Positions 37,834 to 46,806 of a stretch of DNA of 64,000 bases are shown here, one piece after another (the stretch's first letter is position 1; each line of letters begins with the position of its first letter). A model generated the notes under the pieces. That model was not told where the DNA came from and searched no databases. It saw nothing but the letters and a program-made list of their open reading frames with translations. Source of the stretch: Minisyncoccota bacterium (GTDB lineage Bacteria > Patescibacteriota > Minisyncoccia > Phycocordibacterales > UBA9973); the NCBI GenBank assembly GCA_041663005.1, contig JBAZRK010000002.1, positions 64,740-128,739 on the forward strand. The letters are read 5' to 3'. Both the position numbers and the translations under genes were made by a program.

Positions 37834-39573
37834 ATGAAAAAGATCTGCCAAAACTGTGAAGCAGGTTTTGAAATAGATTCTGAAGATCTGAAATTTTACG
37901 CGCGAATTAGTGTCCCGCCTCCGACTTTCTGCCCACAGTGCCGGTTGGCTCGCAAGCTTATCTGGCGCAACGAGCGCTCGCTCTATAAAAGAAAGTGTGA
38001 CTTGTGTAAGAATGACGTCATCTCGATGTACAAAGCGGATGCCCCCTTCCCCGTCTACTGCCACGACTGCTGGTGGAGCGATGAGTGGAGCCCGCTAGAA
38101 TACGGGCAAGACTACGATTTCAATCTTCCTTTTTTTGAACAATTTAAGAGCTTACTCGAGAAAGTCCCACGCGCAGCTTCGTATGTCACCAAAAATTTGC
38201 AAAACGAGTATGTAAACTACACCACCCACACCAAAAATAGTTACTTGTTGTTCGGTAGCTGGTTTAATGAAAATTGTGGATACGGACAAACAGTTATGGA
38301 GAGCAAGGAATGCTGGGATTGTCTTTTTATGAGGAAGGGCGAACTTTGTTTTTCCTCAATGGATTGTCAGCAGTGTAGTAATCTGCTTTTTAGCCGAAAT
38401 TGCCAGGGCTGTATCGACTCCGCATTTTTATATGACTGCAGAAATTGCCAAAACTGTCTTTTCAGCTGGAACTTGCGAAATAAAAATTATCATGTCTTCA
38501 ATCAACCTGTTTCTAAAGAAGAATTTGCCCGCCTCAAGGAAGAGATGCTCAATTCGGCAGAAGCCTTAGAAAAAAACTGGGCAAATTTCAAAAAAGCTGT
38601 GCAGGAAGAAGCCATTCATAAATATATGACAGGCGAGCATAATCACAATGTCTCGGGTGAATTTATTTCGAACTGCAAAAACGTTCACTCTTCTTTCTTT
38701 ATAGATAAAGGCGAAAATGAAAAGTACGCTGTGCGCGGTGGAGTAGGACAAAAAGATTCAATGGACGTATTCGGAGTACACGCGGGAGAGCTCGCTTATG
38801 AATGCAACAATATCGACTTCTCTTCACGTTGCTTCTTCGGCCTAAATGGGGAAAACAATCTGGATTCTAGATACATCATAGATTGCGACAGCCTAAATAA
38901 TTCTTTTGGTTGTGTTTCACTCCGAAAAAATGAGTATTGTCTGCTAAATAAACAATACAGTAAGGAAGAGTATGAAAAAATTTTACCCCAAGTCGTGGAA
39001 CATATGAAAAATATGCCGTATGTTGATAAAAATAATAAAACTTACGGATATGGTGAATTTTTCCCCGCAGATCTTTGTCCTCACGCTTACAACGAAAGCA
39101 TCGCCCAAGAATGGATACCTCTTTCTGGGGACAAAGCTGTAACACTCGGCTATGGCTGGGATGATTCCCAAGACAAAAATTACGTCCCTACAAAAAGTTG
39201 GAAAGATCTTCCTGGAACCTTGGCGGAAACAAGCGATTCTATAACACAAGAAATTATTTTGTGTCAGGCGTGGGATGAAGACAAGGTAGCTGCCCAAAAT
39301 CACAAGTGCACCAAAGCTTTCAGAATCATCCAAGATGAACTTATTATGTATAAAAAGTGGGGGTTGCCTTTGCCTAGAAAATGCCCCAATACTAGAAATT
39401 TTGAAATGTTGCAGCTTCGCAACAAGCCTAATTTTTTCCATCGTGTATGCATGTGTGAGAATACGAATCACGAACATAGTGGCAAATGCCCGAATGAATT
39501 CGAAACCAGCTACGCTCCGGACCGCAAAGAATTAGTTTATTGTGAAAGTTGCTATAATAAAGAGGTCTACTAA
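37834..39573 (+). CDS. CPR-type Cys-rich protein (Zn ribbons + repetitive Cys region), paralog 1
   Basis: C..C..F.I..ED..FY..I.VPPP.FCP.CR, YC..CWW.D.W, C-terminal YCE.CY..EV. Confidence 0.85.
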   Translation: MKKICQNCEAGFEIDSEDLKFYARISVPPPTFCPQCRLARKLIWRNERSLYKRKCDLCKNDVISMYKADAPFPVYCHDCWWSDEWSPLEYGQDYDFNLPFFEQFKSLLEKVPRAASYVTKNLQNEYVNYTTHTKNSYLLFGSWFNENCGYGQTVMESKECWDCLFMRKGELCFSSMDCQQCSNLLFSRNCQGCIDSAFLYDCRNCQNCLFSWNLRNKNYHVFNQPVSKEEFARLKEEMLNSAEALEKNWANFKKAVQEEAIHKYMTGEHNHNVSGEFISNCKNVHSSFFIDKGENEKYAVRGGVGQKDSMDVFGVHAGELAYECNNIDFSSRCFFGLNGENNLDSRYIIDCDSLNNSFGCVSLRKNEYCLLNKQYSKEEYEKILPQVVEHMKNMPYVDKNNKTYGYGEFFPADLCPHAYNESIAQEWIPLSGDKAVTLGYGWDDSQDKNYVPTKSWKDLPGTLAETSDSITQEIILCQAWDEDKVAAQNHKCTKAFRIIQDELIMYKKWGLPLPRKCPNTRNFEMLQLRNKPNFFHRVCMCENTNHEHSGKCPNEFETSYAPDRKELVYCESCYNKEVY

Positions 39574-39574
39574 C

Positions 39575-41254
39575 ATGGAAAAGCCCTGTCAAAGCTGCAA
39601 GAAAGAATTTGGGGTTCGCAAAGAGGACCTCGTTTTCTACGAGCAGATAAAGGTTCCGCCGCCCAATTTCTGCCCCGATTGCCGGATGATGCGGCGGCTC
39701 GCATTCCGAAACGAGCGAACTCTATATAAACGCCCTTGCGACTTGTGCAAGCAAGACGGCGTCTCACTCTACCCTGCCGGCACGCCCTTCCCTGTCTATT
39801 GTCAGAAATGCTGGTGGGGAGACGGCTGGGATCCAACAGCTTACGCTATGGACTGGGACAAGTCGCGTCCTTTTTACGACCAATTCCGAGAACTAAAAAA
39901 TAAAATCCCGCGCATCGGCCTTTTGGTTATCGACTGCGTCAACTGCGATTACACTAACAATACAGGTGAGTGTAAAAATTGCTACCTGATTTTTGCGGCG
40001 GAAACGAATGAGGACTGTATGTACGGTAGATTGATACAGCGCTGTAAAAATTCTATGGATTGCGCCTTCCTGTATGATTCCGAGCTTTGCTACGAGTGCG
40101 TAGACACCAGAAAATCATTCAAATGTATGTATAGTGAGCGTTTGCTGGAGTGCGTGGATGTAATGTTCTCTTTCGATATGCGCAATTCGCAAAACTGCAT
40201 CTTCTGCGTAAACGGACGTAACTTAAATTATTGTATTGAGAACGTACAGTATAGTAAGGAAGAATATGAAAAGAAGAAAGCTGAAATTTTATCCTCTTAC
40301 GAGTCCATCGAGGAGGCTAAGAGAAAATATAACGATTTGCGGTCAAAAGCTTTAGTAAAATACGCGGTCGCTACGAAGTGCAACGACGCCACCGGTGACT
40401 ATATGTACAATTGCCACGAAGGCGTAAACATCTTCGACGCATCCAATACCAAAAACTCTTCCTATGTTGCGGACGCAGAAGACGCGCTCGACTGCCAAGA
40501 TTGCAACAACTTATATTTCAAACCAGAACGCCTCTACAACATAATGGGCACACTTCAGAGTACCAACTGCATCGCGGGGGTATACATTATGTATGGCAAT
40601 GAAGTGCATTACTCCGACAGTTGCTACAACTGTGTTAGCTGTTTTGGGTGCGTTGGTTTGAATAAAAAGAATTATCACATCCTGAACAAAGAATATTCCA
40701 AGGAAGAATACCAGAAAATTAAATCCGAAATCGTGGAACAATTAAAAAAAGACGGCCTGTACGGTGACTTCTTTCCTCCGGAACTCTCCCCTTTCGGATA
40801 CAATGAAAGCTTGGCTCAAGAATATTATCCATTGTCGGAAAAAGAAGCCGGAGAAAGAGGATTTAACTGGCAAAAGCAAACTTCCGGCACTTATGGCAAA
40901 GAAACCTTAAAAGAAAACGAAATCCCCGCCACTTTAGGCGAAGCCACAGAAGATATTTTAAACCAAATACTTGTCTGCAAGGATTGCAAAAAGAATTTCC
41001 GTATCACTCGCGGTGAATTGGATTTCTACAAGCGCATGAATCTCCCCCTACCGCACAAAGATTTCGAATGTCGACATCAAGACCGAATGAAAAAGAGAAA
41101 TCCTCGCCAACTCTGGCCACGTAGCTGTATGTGTACGCTCAAAAACCATCAACATAAAGACAAAAACTGCGAAAATATTTTTGAAACAAGCTACTCCCCC
41201 AACCGCCCCGAGACAGTCTATTGCGAACCTTGCTACCAACAAGAAGTTTCTTAG
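39575..41254 (+). CDS. CPR-type Cys-rich protein, paralog 2 (start ATG 39575)
   Basis: Same architecture as 37834-39573. Confidence 0.85.
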   Translation: MEKPCQSCKKEFGVRKEDLVFYEQIKVPPPNFCPDCRMMRRLAFRNERTLYKRPCDLCKQDGVSLYPAGTPFPVYCQKCWWGDGWDPTAYAMDWDKSRPFYDQFRELKNKIPRIGLLVIDCVNCDYTNNTGECKNCYLIFAAETNEDCMYGRLIQRCKNSMDCAFLYDSELCYECVDTRKSFKCMYSERLLECVDVMFSFDMRNSQNCIFCVNGRNLNYCIENVQYSKEEYEKKKAEILSSYESIEEAKRKYNDLRSKALVKYAVATKCNDATGDYMYNCHEGVNIFDASNTKNSSYVADAEDALDCQDCNNLYFKPERLYNIMGTLQSTNCIAGVYIMYGNEVHYSDSCYNCVSCFGCVGLNKKNYHILNKEYSKEEYQKIKSEIVEQLKKDGLYGDFFPPELSPFGYNESLAQEYYPLSEKEAGERGFNWQKQTSGTYGKETLKENEIPATLGEATEDILNQILVCKDCKKNFRITRGELDFYKRMNLPLPHKDFECRHQDRMKKRNPRQLWPRSCMCTLKNHQHKDKNCENIFETSYSPNRPETVYCEPCYQQEVS

Positions 41255-41275
41255 TTCGGACGTCCAACGTCCGAA
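41255..41275. repeat. REP-like palindrome
   Basis: ttcggacgt-cca-acgtccgaa immediately after stop codon. Confidence 0.55.
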
Positions 41276-41367
41276 TAATATCGCATTGAAGTTAATGAAC
41301 ATTAACCTTATTTTCAGTTAATAATCGATAACTTTACATTAACCTCCTTTCTTGTTATAAATAAAGG

Positions 41368-42636
41368 GTGATATACAAAAGTAAATTATTCTATACCACT
41401 CGAGAAGTGGCCGAAATTCTAAAAGTTTCTTCCGTCACCATTTTCAAAAGAATTAAGGGTGGCAAAATTAATGCCGAAAAAATCGGCAAGAATTACCTCA
41501 TCCCCCGAAGTGAGCTCGCTCGTTTTGGAATAAAAACCGAAAATAGCTCAATGGAAATCTCAGAAGTACCTGAGGCAAAAACACTGGCTAAAGAAATATC
41601 TGATGATTTGAGAGGCACTACTTTTATACGTGATGGGAAAACAGTAGTCATCAAGCATGAAGATCTTTTCAAAACTCGATTTGACATAGAAGGCCGAGAT
41701 TTAATTGTGGGCTTCAACGAACCTGCTTTCAAAAAATCAAAAGATGATTTGACGCTCGGAGATCTCGATTCCCCTCTGAATGCCAGGCTTATCACGTATT
41801 TTTTGCCAGCAATACAAATCGCTCTTATGCAAAAGAAAAAACCTCGTCTGATTGTAGTAACTGGTATTAATGCTGCTCTAAAATATAATGCACAAAACGA
41901 AGAGCAAAGGAAAATAATGTACCGTAATAATATGCTGAAACTTAAGTTTATCGAAGAAACATTAAATAAATTCTTTCCTAATGCTTTTTCTATTATTGAA
42001 ACTCGTCTGGCATACGATTTTATGAAAATTTCTGAAGATAAACTGGATAAACTGTGGCAAGTTTTCATAAAGCGGTTCCCAGAAAGAATTGCGCCCCTGT
42101 CGGAAAGCCTGAAACTATTCAGCTCGAGCGGTAACACAAATTATTCTAATGAAAATAAACTTCGCGAGTCATTTCGTTACGCAGTACTTCACTTGTTTGC
42201 ATTGGGAGATGTTAATTTGGATTACGATTTCGTTCATAATGAAAAGGGTTATTGTTCCATTGGGGAGCACCAAGAGCTTATTTTCAATATAGTCCGCGAA
42301 GTTGGCTATGAGATTTTAAAGGATGTCGGTGAAGTAGTATTTGAGCGTGAAGTACACTGTTTTAAAAATCCAAAAATTGTAATTGAAGACAAGGGCCACG
42401 TACCGCCACCATATAACGGCTCTTTTAGAAGTAACGGGAACAGAACTTCTATTGATGAGGTAACTTACAAAAATAGCCGTGAATTGTCGTATTATGACAC
42501 CCGCCCCAGGCTCAAGCCACATATGGATTATCTATATAAAATCATTCCTAGGGAAACTTTTGAAAAATACTGGAAGGAATACAAACCTCGCTATTTAGAA
42601 TTAGAAAAAAGATACAACGAGGCTTATGGAATATAA
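41368..42636 (+). CDS. Excisionase-type HTH fused to unknown enzyme-like domain
   Basis: YTTREVAEILKVS..TI..RIK.GKI.A.KIG..Y.I HTH; about 350-aa C-terminal domain. Confidence 0.8.
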   Translation: MIYKSKLFYTTREVAEILKVSSVTIFKRIKGGKINAEKIGKNYLIPRSELARFGIKTENSSMEISEVPEAKTLAKEISDDLRGTTFIRDGKTVVIKHEDLFKTRFDIEGRDLIVGFNEPAFKKSKDDLTLGDLDSPLNARLITYFLPAIQIALMQKKKPRLIVVTGINAALKYNAQNEEQRKIMYRNNMLKLKFIEETLNKFFPNAFSIIETRLAYDFMKISEDKLDKLWQVFIKRFPERIAPLSESLKLFSSSGNTNYSNENKLRESFRYAVLHLFALGDVNLDYDFVHNEKGYCSIGEHQELIFNIVREVGYEILKDVGEVVFEREVHCFKNPKIVIEDKGHVPPPYNGSFRSNGNRTSIDEVTYKNSRELSYYDTRPRLKPHMDYLYKIIPRETFEKYWKEYKPRYLELEKRYNEAYGI

Positions 42637-43201
42637 ACTCCTTCTCGGCACAACGGCGGTAGTAATAGAATTGGCGAGCTATGCCATTTATTTTTTCGGC
42701 ATCTGGAAAGGCAAAACCAAACCACATGCTTTCACTTGGCTGGTGTGGGGAATTTTGAATGTTGTGGCTTTTGCTGCTGTCTTAATATCCGGCGGTGAAG
42801 CTGGGTCTTGGGTTCTTGGAGTAAATGCACTTGCTTGCCTTATTATTTCCGGCATCGGTTTCTACCAAAAACACGTAGTGTACGATACACATGATTGGCT
42901 AGCACTTTTAGGCGCCTTGGTTGGAGTATTCTTGTGGTGGCTAACTTCTAATCCCCTATACGCGGTGATACTAGTATGCCTGTCCGACGGTATCGGATCT
43001 GTGCCTATATTTAGGAAAGCCTACCGCGCGCCCTTCGAAGAAAACGTGCCGGCGTTTGCGGTTGGAATATTATATTACCCTCTGGCAATTTTAGCGCTCG
43101 AGTCACTTTCTCTCACCACTTGGCTTTATCCTGCGTTTGTAATACTGCTTGATGGTGCTCTCGTAATCTTAATTCTCGCCCGCCGAAAACAATCCAGATA
43201 G
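42626..43201 (+). CDS. Multi-TM membrane protein (PQ-loop-like)
   Basis: About 7 hydrophobic helices, TKPH..TW and P..RK....P..E motifs. Confidence 0.75.
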   Translation: MEYKLLLGTTAVVIELASYAIYFFGIWKGKTKPHAFTWLVWGILNVVAFAAVLISGGEAGSWVLGVNALACLIISGIGFYQKHVVYDTHDWLALLGALVGVFLWWLTSNPLYAVILVCLSDGIGSVPIFRKAYRAPFEENVPAFAVGILYYPLAILALESLSLTTWLYPAFVILLDGALVILILARRKQSR

Positions 43202-43220
43202 AGGTTAAACCTCTATCTGG
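43194..43220. repeat. REP-like palindrome; identical core inside xth at 35361-35381
   Basis: ccagatagaggtt-a-aacctctatctgg. Confidence 0.75.
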
Positions 43221-43221
43221 G

Positions 43222-44799
43222 TTACTTCCTAACCCCGTGTTTTTGGTGCAATTTTCCCACTTCAGCTTCTTCAAGTTCTTCTTTTTTCTCTTTGCCGCGC
43301 TCGCCGAGCGTGCGAAGTTCATCATCGCCAAGCATATTTAGAGATTTTACTAGTTCGGATAGGTGCTCCACGGTGTTTTTCTCCGGCGCATCAAGCACCT
43401 CCTCGAGAAGTGCGTGGAGAATCCACCCCATTCGAGGTCCAGGCTTAATGCCTAGCTCTTTTTGCAAGAATCCCCCGTCAATTTTAAGCTGTGAAACAGA
43501 AATGGGGTCGCGGAGAGCTTCTTCCACCATTGCGAAATACTTCCTGAGGCGATAAGGCGCTTCCTTCTTCTTCATTCCCACCCTGTCGCACTCACGGACA
43601 TCCATCAAAAGCCAAATATCATCTTTCCCAACTTTCGCAATTATTCGACGCACGGCGGAGAGAGTAATTTTTTCAGTATCAGAAAAAAACATATGGTTCC
43701 GCACCATCTTTTCCACAAGTTCAATTTCATCTCGCGAAAATTTCAAACGCTCCATAATCTTTTTCGCCATTCGCGCGCCCACAACTTCGTGGCCGTAAAA
43801 TGTGTACATTTTCTTGGCCGAGCCACGAGGCTTCTGCGAATGGTTGACGTTGCTCTGCAGGAAATCCTTCGCAGAAGCATCTGGCGAGGCAACAGACAAA
43901 CGCCTCGTTCGCGGTTTGCCCACGTCGTGGAACAGTGCCGAAAGCCTTATGCCTAAAGGCCAATTCTTGTCTGCCGCATGCTGAGCTGCAAGTAGCAAAT
44001 GATTCCAAACATCATAAATATGTTCCCCGGATTGATCGCAACCTATTCCCTCTTCTAACTCCGGAATTATGTATTTGAGAATTCCTAATTTCTGTAGCAT
44101 CACAATTCCGCTTGCAGGATTTTCCGACATAATTATTTTCACAAACTCGTCGCGAATTCTTTCAGCGGAAATTTTTTTTATTAACTCCGCATTTTTCACA
44201 ATACTTTGCGTTGCTTCTTCGGACACAGAAAAATCGAGTTGGCAAGAGAAGCGAATTGCTCGGAGCATTCTGAGTGCATCTTCAGAAAATCTATCGTCGG
44301 GGTTTCCTACTGCACGAATAGTTTTGTCCTTTATGTCCTTTATGCCGTCGAACAAGTCTACGAGCTGTCCGTTAGAGTTTAAAGCTATCGCATTAATGGT
44401 AAAGTCACGTCTCTTAAGGTCGTCTTCTAGCTTGTCGCTAAATTTTACCTCATCTGGGCGCCTAAAATCGCTGTATTTTGCCTCAATTCTGTAAGGAGTT
44501 ACCTCAATTATATTATAGGTGAGTGTTTCAGGTGAAACATCGGACTTCCCTGTTTCTCGTGAAACGCACACCCCGACTGTGCCAAAACTATTTTCATACA
44601 CTGTTTTCTCAAACAGAGCCATTATTTGCTCTGGCGTCGCGTTCGTAGTTACATCCCAGTCTTTGGGCGTTCTGCCAATCAAAAGGTCTCGAACACACCC
44701 TCCTACCAGGTACGCTTCAAAATCCGCTTTTTCCAGAGCAGTTGTTACATATGAAACATCGGCAGGTACTTTCGATATTAAATTTTTATAGGAGTCCAT
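43222..44799 (-). CDS. cca: CCA-adding tRNA nucleotidyltransferase with HD domain
   Basis: VGGCVRD..DWD, RRDFTINA, EDALRMLR, ERI, FHDVGK. Confidence 0.92.
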   Translation of the reverse strand: MDSYKNLISKVPADVSYVTTALEKADFEAYLVGGCVRDLLIGRTPKDWDVTTNATPEQIMALFEKTVYENSFGTVGVCVSRETGKSDVSPETLTYNIIEVTPYRIEAKYSDFRRPDEVKFSDKLEDDLKRRDFTINAIALNSNGQLVDLFDGIKDIKDKTIRAVGNPDDRFSEDALRMLRAIRFSCQLDFSVSEEATQSIVKNAELIKKISAERIRDEFVKIIMSENPASGIVMLQKLGILKYIIPELEEGIGCDQSGEHIYDVWNHLLLAAQHAADKNWPLGIRLSALFHDVGKPRTRRLSVASPDASAKDFLQSNVNHSQKPRGSAKKMYTFYGHEVVGARMAKKIMERLKFSRDEIELVEKMVRNHMFFSDTEKITLSAVRRIIAKVGKDDIWLLMDVRECDRVGMKKKEAPYRLRKYFAMVEEALRDPISVSQLKIDGGFLQKELGIKPGPRMGWILHALLEEVLDAPEKNTVEHLSELVKSLNMLGDDELRTLGERGKEKKEELEEAEVGKLHQKHGVRK

Positions 44800-44808
44800 T
44801 TACCTTTG

Positions 44809-44880
44809 TGCACCCGGAGGGATTCGAACCCCCAACGACAGTTCCGAAGACTGTTGTGATATCCATTTCACTACGGGTGC
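44809..44880 (-). tRNA. tRNA-Arg(TCG)
   Basis: gcacccg acceptor, acagt-ctTCGga-actgt anticodon arm, GTTCGAAT T loop. Confidence 0.93.
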
Positions 44881-45013
44881 AGGATTATTTAATAATACTT
44901 CATTATTTTACACTATTTAAAAAATATTGGCAAATCATGCTTATTTTACAAGGTGAATTGATAATTGCATTAACCCTATATTAATTATATAATACAACAG
45001 TATTTTTTTAACT

Positions 45014-45084
45014 GCGGTCATGGTTTAGTGGTAGAACACGTCCTTGCCAAGGATGAGACGGGAGTTCGATTCTCCCTGGCCGCA
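45014..45084 (+). tRNA. tRNA-Gly(GCC)
   Basis: gcggtca/tggccgc acceptor, cgtcc-ttGCCaa-ggatg, GTTCGATT. Confidence 0.93.
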
Positions 45085-45148
45085 CTTCGACAGACTCAGC
45101 ACAAGCACCTCAGGTGTCCTTTACTTTCTTCCCATAATATAAGGATTT

Positions 45149-45188
45149 TGTGGAAAACTGGGGATAACTATGTGAGTAATGGGTATAA
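45149..45188 (-). promoter_or_regulatory. Four tandem co-oriented DnaA-box-like 9-mers
   Basis: TTTTCCACA, TTATCCCCA, TTACTCACA, TTATACCCA at 45149, 45159, 45171, 45180. Confidence 0.55.
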
Positions 45189-45322
45189 AGGACAGTGAAA
45201 AGTGCTGTCTTTGAAGAGGGATTTTAGAGAATTTAGCTTGTTAAATAAGGATATTATAGTAAAAGACATCGAAAATTGCTATTTTGTTTCACGTGAAACG
45301 TGTTTCTTATGAAACAACACTA

Positions 45323-45733
45323 ATGCCTAAGGTTTTTACCTCAAAAAGCCAAAAAACTGGAGAAATCGGTGAAAATATAGCCGTAAAGTTTCTCATGAAA
45401 CAAGGATTTTCCATAATTGAGCGTAATTACACTAAAAAGTGGGGTGAGATAGATATCATAGCAGAACGTACTGGTAAACTGCATTTTGTGGAAGTTAAGT
45501 CAGTGTCAAAGCCTAACCTCGAGGGTGTTACACGGGAAACACTTGATCAGTACCACCCTGAAGACAATATGCATCCGTGGAAACTTAAGCGGTTGTCTCG
45601 GACAATTCAGACATACCTAGTGTCGCAAAAAGTGCCAGACGATACAGAATGGCAGGTGGACTTACTAGTAGTATTTCTAAACCTTACGGACAAGAAAGCC
45701 CGCGTAAAAGTAGTCAGCGATATAATTTTATGA
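45323..45733 (+). CDS. yraN: YraN-family endonuclease-like protein (probable start ATG 45323)
   Basis: G..GE..A..FL...G..I..RNY...GEIDII...FVEVK. Confidence 0.88.
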   Translation: MPKVFTSKSQKTGEIGENIAVKFLMKQGFSIIERNYTKKWGEIDIIAERTGKLHFVEVKSVSKPNLEGVTRETLDQYHPEDNMHPWKLKRLSRTIQTYLVSQKVPDDTEWQVDLLVVFLNLTDKKARVKVVSDIIL

Positions 45734-45789
45734 TATATTCAAATAGCTATAAGTGTAAACGGGCTTGCCCGACAAAGCTTTAGCATCGG

Positions 45790-45860
45790 CGGGCCGTAGT
45801 ATACCGGTAGTACAAGCGCTTTGGGAGCGTTTAGACTGGGTTCGATTCCCAGCGGCCCGA
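45790..45860 (+). tRNA. tRNA-Pro(TGG)
   Basis: cgggccg/cggcccg acceptor, agcgc-ttTGGga-gcgtt, GTTCGATT. Confidence 0.92.
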
Positions 45861-45905
45861 CAAGTTGAGGTTTTTGCGGGCTTGCCCGCCGAAGCCTTGG
45901 CGCAG

Positions 45906-45976
45906 GCGGGATTAGTTTAATGGTAAAATAACAGTTTTCCAAACTGTGGTTAGGAGTTCGATTCTCCTATCCCGCA
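45906..45976 (+). tRNA. tRNA-Gly(TCC)
   Basis: gcgggat/atcccgc acceptor, acagt-ttTCCaa-actgt, GTTCGATT. Confidence 0.93.
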
Positions 45977-46047
45977 CAAAAAATTTCTCTTTTAATTTTG
46001 CCACTTTTTGCAAATAATTTTATTTAATATACTATTAATCCATAATT

Positions 46048-46791
46048 ATGACGTACATATATGCCTTCGGTAGCGTTATAGTGGTGAGCCTGGTCTCAAT
46101 GATCGGAGTTTTCACTTTGTCTATAAAAGAAGCCGCTCTTAAAAAATATATTTTTATTTTTATTTCTCTCGCCGTCGGCGCGCTCCTGGGTGATTCATTT
46201 ATTCACCTGATTCCGGAAGCATTCGAGAGTGGTGTTGGTAATGTGTTGGTAAGCATTTTAATTATCGTCGGAATTCTAATCTTTTTTATTCTGGAAAAAT
46301 TCTTGCACTGGCACCACCACGGTGAAGACGAAAGCGAGGACTCTATTCATCCAGCAGGGAAGCTAATTCTCCTCTCCGATGGCGTCCACAACTTCATCGA
46401 CGGCATCATCATAGGCGTGAGCTTCCTTGTAGGACCCCACGTAGGGATTGCCACGACTATTGCGGTCATATTGCACGAAATACCCCAAGAAATAGGGGAT
46501 TTCGCCGTTTTGCTTCATTCCGGCTATACCAAATCGAGAGCCCTCTGGCTTAACTTCTTGTCCGCTCTTGCGGCAGTGTTCGGCGTTGTTATAGCCTTTC
46601 TTTTAGGTGAGGCTGGAGAAATTTTTACGCTCTGGATTCTGCCAATTGCCGCGGGGGGGTTCATATACGTCGCCGTCGCTGACCTCATCCCGGAGCTCCA
46701 TAAAACAAAAGAAGCAAAACATTCTTTGCTTCAAATTATCGCCGTTGTAGTGGGCGTCTTGTCTATGGTTGCCTTAGTGGCGCTTGAATAA
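46048..46791 (+). CDS. ZIP-family metal transporter
   Basis: HLIPE, HWHHH loop, HNFIDG, HEIPQE, DLIPE. Confidence 0.93.
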   Translation: MTYIYAFGSVIVVSLVSMIGVFTLSIKEAALKKYIFIFISLAVGALLGDSFIHLIPEAFESGVGNVLVSILIIVGILIFFILEKFLHWHHHGEDESEDSIHPAGKLILLSDGVHNFIDGIIIGVSFLVGPHVGIATTIAVILHEIPQEIGDFAVLLHSGYTKSRALWLNFLSALAAVFGVVIAFLLGEAGEIFTLWILPIAAGGFIYVAVADLIPELHKTKEAKHSLLQIIAVVVGVLSMVALVALE

Positions 46792-46806
46792 AAAATTTAA
46801 AATATT

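Larger units (their letters stand above)
44524..45541. promoter_or_regulatory. Cluster of seven parS-like sites
   Basis: Matches to TGTTTCACGTGAAACA (1-3 mismatches) at 44524, 44551, 44743, 45285, 45301, 45387, 45526. Confidence 0.85.

Noticed and set aside
45739-45942. Track ORFs 45739-45942 and 44742-44984
   Set aside because: They overlap tRNA genes and repeats.
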